Shown here: one piece after another, positions 6,174 to 12,094 of the stretch
Layout of the letters: every line of letters starts with the position of its first letter
Numbering within the stretch: the stretch's first letter is position 1
DNA from: a virus
Lineage: Duplodnaviria; Heunggongvirae; Uroviricota; Caudoviricetes
IMG/VR virus record: IMGVR_UViG_2802429253_000011
DNA length: 12,094 nucleotides
Reading direction: 5' to 3' (one strand)
Program-made: the position numbers and the translations under genes
The notes under the pieces: generated by a model
Databases searched by the model: none
Seen by the model: the letters and a program-made list of their open reading frames with translations, nothing else
Told to the model about the DNA's origin: nothing

Positions 6174-7985
6174 TTAGCTATCGTCATTAGTGACCGATAC
6201 ACATGATGGCATCCAGTCTTCTGATTCCTCCGTCAGTGTCACGTTTGAACGCAAACCGTGCTTCGTTTTCCGTTTCATATACTCCCTGCCATATTCCGCC
6301 ATTGCCCCCGGCATATCTTTACCGAAGCGCGTCAGTGTTACAGGTTTACCAAACCCATGTGCCCTCATATAAGCCAGATAGGCATGATAGAGATACCTGC
6401 GTGGGCTGAATGGCACAATTTCAGCATTACCCACTAACAGGCCATCACACATTACCGACGCCATGAGATAGCCGCAGAAGTCCACCAGCGAATCCCCCTC
6501 TCGCTTTATCGCCAGTGCTTCTTCAGATTTCTGCTGCTCATATAACAGGCGTCTGGCTTCGTCCTGGTCAGCAAACCGTGTAAGCAGATGGCGAATCACT
6601 ACCGCCAGCTCACCTTCTATTTTTTCCGCCAGCATTGGATCGCGTTCGTTCTCCGGTACAACTTCCGAAAAATTGAATATCACCCGACGACGTGAGATCC
6701 CCCCGCTGCGGTCACTGAATGACATGGCGTTATTGTTAACCGCCAGCACTACTGCCGGAATACGCGTTGAGTAGGGGGCTTTGTGTTTCGGGTCAATTGC
6801 CACCTTGTCACCGCCTGTAATAGCCTTAATCCCTGCCCCATCACCAGCGTAGCGGGTCATATCCGGCATGATAATCAGCGAAAAGCCAACCACTAACGCG
6901 CGTTCCCTTGCATCTTCCAGCGCCTTCATGCTTGCCGATACTGTGTTGGCCTTACCCGCCAGCATGGTGCAAATCTCCGCCATCACGCTTTTACCACTTC
7001 CCCCTGGACCTGTTACCTCAATGAATAACTGCCAGTCGTACCGGTTCGCCAGCACCATGAATAATGCAGCCAGTACGCGATCCGCCTTGCGGTCATTCTC
7101 AGCCACCGAACGGCGTAACCACTTCCAGAAATTCGGCGCATGTGTTGCCAGCGTTTCCCCCTCTGCTGGTGGGCTGAAAGGTAATTCACTGGCAATTAAC
7201 AACCAGTCGTTTTTGTTATGCTCCCGAAAATTACCTGTTCTGGTATCAAATACCCCGTTACTGAATCCAATCAGGTTACGGGCTGTATTCCCCATAACAG
7301 GCAAACTTAACTTCATGGTATCGACCGCCGATTTAATGGCGTTCTGCGAATAGCTGATCTCCGCATCAATGAAAATCTGTGCCATAGCTCGCTGTAATTC
7401 TTTATCCTGTACTGGCTCCCATACAACGCCGTTGTAATGGTGAACAGTATCAGAGTCGGCATGAATCGCCAGTTCACCGCCATAATGTGCCAGGAGAACT
7501 TCGCCGCGTTGACTTGCTCCCATCTGGTTAAGCGCCAGTGATGAAGCGTTATCGTCTTTTACCCGCTCTTTTTTCTTTACAGGCAGTTCAACTACCTTTT
7601 TCTTTTCCGCCTGCTCTGCCCGTTCACGTTCCAGATATTCGCGCCAGTTCTCCCGTTTCTGGCTGTGCATTCCTTCAGGATAATAATCAGCATCCCTGAC
7701 ACCGGCCGCTGCCAGTTTCTGCCCGATGGTATTAACAAGCCCCGGACGCAATAACCCCGCCTGATAGAGACGCACACGATAGCGTCCGTCCGGTACGATT
7801 TGCAGGTTGTCCAGTTCGGCAAGTTGTTGCTCTCCAAGCCAGACAGGAGGCACGTTATCGCCAGCCAGTCGCCCGTCCTGTTCCTGCCACTGCTTCGCAT
7901 GTGCCCACGCATCACTACCCGCAAAAATGATGACTTCCGTCATTTTGTCACGTGGCTGGTGTTTTAAATTTGGCGCTTTTTTCAT
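6174..7985 (-). CDS. P4 alpha-type primase/helicase (N-terminal primase region, SF3 helicase with Walker A GPGGSGKS)
   Basis: Long ORF with VTGPGGSGKS, followed by residues typical of the phage/plasmid primase P4-family C-terminal domain. Start assigned to ATG 7983-7985, which overlaps the upstream stop (ATGA); track start is a GTG at 8000. Iterons lie directly downstream. Confidence 0.8.
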   Translation of the reverse strand: MKKAPNLKHQPRDKMTEVIIFAGSDAWAHAKQWQEQDGRLAGDNVPPVWLGEQQLAELDNLQIVPDGRYRVRLYQAGLLRPGLVNTIGQKLAAAGVRDADYYPEGMHSQKRENWREYLERERAEQAEKKKVVELPVKKKERVKDDNASSLALNQMGASQRGEVLLAHYGGELAIHADSDTVHHYNGVVWEPVQDKELQRAMAQIFIDAEISYSQNAIKSAVDTMKLSLPVMGNTARNLIGFSNGVFDTRTGNFREHNKNDWLLIASELPFSPPAEGETLATHAPNFWKWLRRSVAENDRKADRVLAALFMVLANRYDWQLFIEVTGPGGSGKSVMAEICTMLAGKANTVSASMKALEDARERALVVGFSLIIMPDMTRYAGDGAGIKAITGGDKVAIDPKHKAPYSTRIPAVVLAVNNNAMSFSDRSGGISRRRVIFNFSEVVPENERDPMLAEKIEGELAVVIRHLLTRFADQDEARRLLYEQQKSEEALAIKREGDSLVDFCGYLMASVMCDGLLVGNAEIVPFSPRRYLYHAYLAYMRAHGFGKPVTLTRFGKDMPGAMAEYGREYMKRKTKHGLRSNVTLTEESEDWMPSCVSVTNDDS

Positions 7986-8281
7986 TTCTGCTCTCTCCAC
8001 GCGGCAATCATGTTTTTCAGTTCCTGTAGTTTTTTATCCACATTCACACGTGACACATGGTTATTTCTGGAAAGCGGGATTTCCCGCCTGAATCTGCTAA
8101 TAAAGATCTCCACGTTCAGCGAACTATGAAATGAATAGCCATCACGAATAAAATACACACGGTCAAACATTATCGATTTTACTGTTACTCTGTTGCCGTT
8201 CTTATCCCGATAAATAGCGCCGGGGATAATTTTGGGATGTGCATAACCGCTGGCAGTCAAGCCAGATAAATACGTTCTCAT
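7982..8281 (-). CDS. Hypothetical 99-aa protein, coupled to the primase
   Basis: ATG 8279-8281; stop overlaps the primase start. No family recognised. Confidence 0.5.
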   Translation of the reverse strand: MRTYLSGLTASGYAHPKIIPGAIYRDKNGNRVTVKSIMFDRVYFIRDGYSFHSSLNVEIFISRFRREIPLSRNNHVSRVNVDKKLQELKNMIAAWREQK

Positions 8282-8287
8282 GATTAT

Positions 8288-8608
8288 TTATCCCCGATTT
8301 GAATCAGTATTCGCTTTCTTTATGGCATTTAATGCATCTGTGGCATTTTCAATGGTGCACCGTAACGAAATATCAAAATGTCCAAGCATTGCCAGTAACA
8401 AACCGATATTACCCATATCAATGCGCATGGCCTTTTCGTCATAGTCCTCATTTTCTGACGCATGCCACATCAGGCTACCAATTGACGCAACGGCCATTGA
8501 TATATTGTCAGTCGCCACATCCGCAGCGGAATAAACCTTTTTAGCAATATCATGCTCACAGTTAAAATGCGGATTAATCAGGTACTGGTAATTTGACATA
8601 TCAGGCAT
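8288..8608 (-). CDS. Hypothetical 106-aa protein
   Basis: ATG 8606-8608 overlaps the upstream stop (ATGCCTGA); RBS GGGGG. Acidic protein, no family recognised. Confidence 0.5.
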   Translation of the reverse strand: MPDMSNYQYLINPHFNCEHDIAKKVYSAADVATDNISMAVASIGSLMWHASENEDYDEKAMRIDMGNIGLLLAMLGHFDISLRCTIENATDALNAIKKANTDSNRG

Positions 8609-8804
8609 GGCACACCCCCTGACGAATACGGGCGGCGAATACCATCACGCAGCCAGCCGGGGATTGCTGGCGTGCTTCCTGTTCGCTGGTGGCCACGATG
8701 GTAATCACACGCGGTTTTGCGGCGCTCAGGGCGATAAAACGCCAGGCGAATTTATTCAGGTTGTGCGAATCCCGCCCTTGCGGGTGTATGGTATGATTTC
8801 TCAT
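8601..8804 (-). CDS. Small Icd-like protein (P4-family host cell division inhibitor-like), 67 aa
   Basis: MRNHTIHPQGRDSHNLNKFAWRFIALSAAKPRVITIVATSEQEARQQSPAGCVMVFAARIRQGVCHA; ATG 8802-8804 with GAGG 6 nt upstream. The track merges it into a 334-aa ORF whose upstream part is antisense to real plus-strand genes. Family call is from memory of Icd-like annotations. Confidence 0.5.
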   Translation of the reverse strand: MRNHTIHPQGRDSHNLNKFAWRFIALSAAKPRVITIVATSEQEARQQSPAGCVMVFAARIRQGVCHA

Positions 8805-8842
8805 AGCTACCTCGATACTCTCGTTATCGTTGGTGGTTAGAA

Positions 8843-8887
8843 GCCCTGCGAGTGGTAACGACACTTGCGGGGCTTTGTTTTTTGTTG
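8843..8887 (+). terminator. Plus-strand intrinsic terminator or attenuator in the divergent control region
   Basis: 12-bp stem (8843-8854 / 8862-8873) with two G-U wobble pairs that only pair in plus-strand RNA, 7-nt loop, then UUUGUUUUUUGUUG. Confidence 0.5.
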
Positions 8888-8899
8888 CACTTACTGTTA

Positions 8900-8950
8900 A
8901 TGTACGTACGTAATATTGATGATAATAGGAGTTACGTACGTACATGTCAA
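8900..8950 (-). promoter_or_regulatory. Leftward promoter (TTGACA-17-TATTAT) overlapped by a pair of 14-bp perfect inverted repeats (operator)
   Basis: On the minus strand, -35 TTGACA is at 8950-8945 and -10 TATTAT at 8927-8922 with a 17-bp spacer. ATGTACGTACGTAA (8900-8913) and TTACGTACGTACAT (8932-8945) are exact reverse complements and flank the RBS and start codon of the RHH gene. Confidence 0.6.
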
Positions 8951-9135
8951 CATTAAAGCGGGATAAATCACCACGCGGCGAGGGATGGTCGCCGACATTC
9001 CAGATACGAATTAGCAAAGAACTACGCCAGCAAGTAAACGAGGCAGCAACCGCCGATGGCCTAACCCTCGGCAATTGGTTTAAAGAATTAGCTCGTGCCG
9101 AACTAAAGCGACGCGGCATTGAACCTAAAGGCTGA
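8944..9135 (+). CDS. Ribbon-helix-helix (Arc/CopG-like) DNA-binding protein, 63 aa
   Basis: FQIRISKELRQQVNEAATADGLTLGNWFKELARAEL has the strand-helix-helix pattern of RHH regulators. AGGAG at 8927-8931; start codon sits inside the right operator arm. Confidence 0.55.
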   Translation: MSTLKRDKSPRGEGWSPTFQIRISKELRQQVNEAATADGLTLGNWFKELARAELKRRGIEPKG

Positions 9136-9138
9136 TGT

Positions 9139-9264
9139 ATGACTGAAAAGCAGACCGATAACAAACTTTCTCTACCAGAGAATAAACCAGCAGGCTTCTT
9201 ACCAAGAAAAATCCTTGATGAGATCAAACGCCGCCAGCGGCGCAAGGCCAAAGAGCAGGAGTAA
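9139..9264 (+). CDS. Possible 41-aa basic peptide, or 5' part of an interrupted gene
   Basis: ATG 4 nt after the RHH stop; ends at TAA 9262-9264; same frame as the next ORF. Confidence 0.2.
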   Translation: MTEKQTDNKLSLPENKPAGFLPRKILDEIKRRQRRKAKEQE

Positions 9265-9321
9265 CCATCACCAGCGCCGTGGTGCGGTGAACTGTGGCGC
9301 ACAGGGTTACAGGTATCTACG

Positions 9322-9501
9322 ATGACTGACAAATCATTAAAGAAATTATCCTCATCCAAGAAAAAACAACGCAAAAATGCGGTAAACGAACATGAACCGG
9401 AGAGATTCGCACCATGTGCGTTTATCCTTGAGAAGTACCTTAAAGAGTATTCTAGGAAAATACGCTCATTGCAGGCATGGCAGCGAATCGAGCCAGACTG
9501 A
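9322..9501 (+). CDS. Possible 59-aa Lys-rich protein, or 3' part of an interrupted gene
   Basis: ATG 9322-9324 to TGA 9499-9501; in frame with 9139-9264 and no other stops between them; followed by a terminator. Confidence 0.2.
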   Translation: MTDKSLKKLSSSKKKQRKNAVNEHEPERFAPCAFILEKYLKEYSRKIRSLQAWQRIEPD

Positions 9502-9566
9502 TAGCATTGCCCACCAGCCAACAACCTGGTATTCTGGATATGCTCAAGTTTAGTGTTATGCCACTG

Positions 9567-9594
9567 GCGGCCCTCTGCGGTCGCCTTTGTTTTA
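9567..9594 (+). terminator. Intrinsic terminator of the rightward small operon
   Basis: Stem GGCGGCC (9567-9573) / GGTCGCC (9579-9585) with one G-U pair, 5-nt loop, then UUUGUUUUAUG. Confidence 0.5.
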
Positions 9595-9611
9595 TGTGCC
9601 ATCACTCCCCC

Positions 9612-9821
9612 TTACACCGTCTGCGTTCTGCGAGTGGATGCAAGATAAGCATCGAGATCAGTGCGCATATACAGCACTTTGCGCCCCAGCTTATGGAAAG
9701 GGATTTTTACCTTGCCAGTACAGGCCCAGTTCGCCAGCGTTTGATTGTTAACGCCAAGGTAGGCAGCAGCTTCAGCACGTGTAAGGCGGTCAGTTGATAA
9801 ATCAGATTTCTTTAAATTCAT
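9612..9821 (-). CDS. AlpA/Xis-family helix-turn-helix DNA-binding protein, about 69 aa
   Basis: LTRAEAAAYLGVNNQTLANWACTGKVKIPFHKLGRKVLYMRTDLDAYL fits the small AlpA/excisionase-type HTH family. ATG 9819-9821 chosen; an alternative GTG at 9830 gives 72 aa. Confidence 0.7.
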   Translation of the reverse strand: MNLKKSDLSTDRLTRAEAAAYLGVNNQTLANWACTGKVKIPFHKLGRKVLYMRTDLDAYLASTRRTQTV

Positions 9822-9882
9822 ATCTATCACCGTGTACTTCTAAGTAACAACGGTGATAAATATCAATCAATGGGTATTTTGT

Positions 9883-9968
9883 TTTTAGCCCAATAGCCAG
9901 TTGCTGTGGGGAGGTTACCAGTTATTTAGCCTTAATAGCCAGCTATTAAGATACACTAGCCAGCTATT
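9883..9968. promoter_or_regulatory. Operator-like repeats upstream of the AlpA-like gene
   Basis: Two ~24-bp direct repeats (9883-9907, 9925-9948) each containing the ATAGCCAG motif; the second holds the perfect palindrome AATAGC-CA-GCTATT (9934-9947); a third copy TAGCCAGCTATT is at 9957-9968. Confidence 0.45.
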
Positions 9969-10689
9969 GGGGGTGAACAAGTTCAAACGAAGAATATTTA
10001 TCAGGTCTTGGTGGTTGTGCTCCTGATTCTTTAATCCATTTATCCAGAGTGTTTTTACTTACTTTCCCATGATAGTAAACAGAAAGCTCGTTCAATAAAC
10101 CTGTTTTACTGGCTTTAGGGTACTTTTCCCATGTTAGTTTAATTACGTGCATAACTTCATTGTAATAATGATTTCTTGGTTTGCGCGCTTTTTCTTTCTG
10201 TGATAAGGATAAAGCATCTTTTATTTTTTTATCTTTTTCATGGTTCGATATAATTTCTTCAAAAAAGTCATTAAGCAATAACTCAACACCAACCCTAGTA
10301 AGTTTGTCTGCGTGATTACGCATTCCGACATGGTACAATGCAACTGCTGAATTTAAAGTATCGACAACCTGACAAGATAGTTTACTATCAAATATTAAAA
10401 AACCACATGAATCCATTCTTATAGCTAATTCAATAGGATATTGCTCGATTTCTCTTAATTCTAAACCATAACACAAAAGAAATTCTCTTGTTGGATACTT
10501 TGATTTATAAAAATAATCTCTTATATCATCAATCAAGCGTTTTATAGCCTCTATGGTGGAGTTTTTCGGGGATAAAGATACAGGAACGTTTAAAACTGAA
10601 GAGTCTCGCCCACCAGTAATTAAATCATTCATAACCGAATAAATAATATATTGTTTGACCGATATATTGTTATCACCCATATATGTCAT
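9964..10689 (-). CDS. Hypothetical protein (238-241 aa), AT-rich, translationally coupled to the integrase
   Basis: ORF noticeably more AT-rich than its neighbours by eye. Candidate ATG at 10678-10680 overlaps the integrase stop (ATGGGTGA); track start is at 10689. No motif recognised (no Walker A, no transmembrane segment). Confidence 0.55.
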   Translation of the reverse strand: MTYMGDNNISVKQYIIYSVMNDLITGGRDSSVLNVPVSLSPKNSTIEAIKRLIDDIRDYFYKSKYPTREFLLCYGLELREIEQYPIELAIRMDSCGFLIFDSKLSCQVVDTLNSAVALYHVGMRNHADKLTRVGVELLLNDFFEEIISNHEKDKKIKDALSLSQKEKARKPRNHYYNEVMHVIKLTWEKYPKASKTGLLNELSVYYHGKVSKNTLDKWIKESGAQPPRPDKYSSFELVHPQ

Positions 10690-12094
10690 TCTTTTCTTGT
10701 ACTATAGCAAATAGTAAACGACGTTTTTCATCATCACTCATGCCCTCCAGTGCGGAAAGTAATTGCGCATCGATAGATTTTTTACTCTCCACCAGCCCGG
10801 CATGTTCCAGAATTGCCCGTTCTATCCGTGATGCTGGCTCCAGCAGTTCATCAGCACCGAAATGTAAATACCCCTGCGTTACGTCGGCACTTCGCATAGT
10901 GCGGTGATTCATCAGGCGCTTGAGGATGTAATTACCCACGCCCACCAGCTCAGCAACCGTTCCGAACGTCCGGCGTGCGTCGTGCCACTTAAACGGGACA
11001 GGGAAGAGCATTTCATCGTTCGCCTCAGGAATGGTAGCCGCGCTTATCCGGTCTATGATGTGCCGTGTCTCCTGAATCACTCCCTTCACGCCAGGAAACA
11101 CCAGCACATCATCAGCAGCTTTGTTTTTTAGCCTGCGAAGAAACATTTTCCGCAACGTATCAGTGATCGGCAGTTCAAGCGGATCCCCGTTTTTCGTGGT
11201 GTCTATCCAGAAAAAGCGACCGCCCATATTCACGCGATCCCACGTAAGGCCAAAAACTTCTGATTTCCTCAGTCCGGTAAACAGTGCCATTTCCACGGCA
11301 TCACATACCGTAACAGCTATATCATCCCTTTCCTGTTCGCCCTGGTCGCGCACAGCAGCTACAGCAGCAAACCAGCGGGGAAAATCATGCAGGCGGATAC
11401 GTTCCGTTTTTCTTACCGTTCCGTGCCACTGGCGCTTGGTGCTCAGTACCAGAGTCGGCGGATCCGGTAAAAGAGTATTACCCGCATCATCACGGTAATG
11501 ATCATGCGCAAACCGACACACAGCACGTAGCGCACGCGCCCATAAATCGGCCTGTGCCTTGCTTCCTGTACCAACCCCAGCCCGTAACGTGGTTTTATCA
11601 GCACCGAACCATACAGCCCCATCAGTGATGGCCTTATGCCGTTGTTCCACCCGTTCGCGGGAAATACTGGCGAGGGTATGGGCCATCCAGTCACCGGAAT
11701 AATTCTGTAATATGCTGCGGTACTGTTTTTCTGTGGAGGGTTTCAGGCGGTGGCCACGATTTTTTACGTAGGCGTCAATCGCCTCACTCAGCGTTATCAT
11801 GGCCTTGTTGTTAGTGCGCTTTGCTATGTTCGGATTTATCCCCGTTGTGGCGACTTCGCCAAGGAGTTCCATAGCTTTAGCCCTGGCATTATCCACGCTC
11901 AGATCAGGAAAACGCCCCAGCGTTGCACGAATAAATTTTCCGTTACGCTTACGGGAAATGCAGAAACTTTTCACACCAGACGAACCTACACGGACACGCA
12001 GCCCGTTAACCTCCGTATCACCATATTCGACCTGTCCATGTTCCGGCGTTGGCAGTTCTGCAATTTTTACTTTAGAGAATCTGAATAATTTCAC
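10673..12094 (-). CDS. Tyrosine recombinase/integrase (P4-type with N-terminal arm-binding DUF4102-like domain), 5' end at window edge
   Basis: N-terminus GLRVRVGSSGVKSFCISRKRNGKFIRATLGRFPDLSVDNARAKAMELL is typical of P4-family integrase arm domains; C-terminal HDARRT and downstream Tyr region fit the catalytic domain. The only in-window start is a GTG at 12092-12094, so the true start may lie beyond the window. Confidence 0.8.
   Translation of the reverse strand: MKLFRFSKVKIAELPTPEHGQVEYGDTEVNGLRVRVGSSGVKSFCISRKRNGKFIRATLGRFPDLSVDNARAKAMELLGEVATTGINPNIAKRTNNKAMITLSEAIDAYVKNRGHRLKPSTEKQYRSILQNYSGDWMAHTLASISRERVEQRHKAITDGAVWFGADKTTLRAGVGTGSKAQADLWARALRAVCRFAHDHYRDDAGNTLLPDPPTLVLSTKRQWHGTVRKTERIRLHDFPRWFAAVAAVRDQGEQERDDIAVTVCDAVEMALFTGLRKSEVFGLTWDRVNMGGRFFWIDTTKNGDPLELPITDTLRKMFLRRLKNKAADDVLVFPGVKGVIQETRHIIDRISAATIPEANDEMLFPVPFKWHDARRTFGTVAELVGVGNYILKRLMNHRTMRSADVTQGYLHFGADELLEPASRIERAILEHAGLVESKKSIDAQLLSALEGMSDDEKRRLLFAIVQEKNDIYG

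Noticed and set aside
3039-7353. Plus-strand ORFs inside the capsid and primase genes (e.g. 3039..3569, 4226..4471, 6868..7353)
   Set aside because: All are antisense to long, well-supported minus-strand genes and have no independent signals.
8805-9605. Upstream part of the 334-aa minus-strand ORF (track 8601..9605)
   Set aside because: Arg/Ser/Cys/His-rich, low-complexity translation that is antisense to the RHH gene and the small rightward ORFs; only the last 67 codons (8601-8804) have an RBS and look like a real gene.

Overview
Enterobacterial (Escherichia-like) chromosome. The left ~0.9 kb is core genome: mug (G/U-mismatch DNA glycosylase, minus strand) and a tRNA-Ile2(CAU) gene of the ileX type with promoter and terminator. 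From ~0.93 kb to the right edge is an ~11-kb phage-satellite-like island (P4/PICI type) that continues past the window. Right to left: tyrosine integrase (at the edge, pointing inward), an AT-rich unknown ORF translationally coupled to it, an AlpA/Xis-family HTH gene, a compact divergent control region with a small rightward operon (RHH protein plus two tiny ORFs), an Icd-like ORF and two unknown ORFs, a P4 alpha-type primase/helicase, an origin-like array of TGTTCACC iterons, then a morphogenetic block (small ORF, ClpP-like protease fused to an HK97-fold capsid protein, a lambda gpI-like tail-assembly homolog, a Nu1-like small terminase, a 95-aa ORF). No portal, large terminase, sid/delta/psu, rRNA or CRISPR array was seen. 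Most notable: a 73-bp direct repeat pair placed after terminators and before the two morphogenetic operons, the portal-less capsid/TerS/gpI module, the iteron origin, the operator-overlapped promoter with possible antisense/leader RNAs, and the AT-rich ORF beside the integrase as a candidate accessory or defence cargo. All protein calls are from reading the translations by eye and recalled family features; no database search was run.
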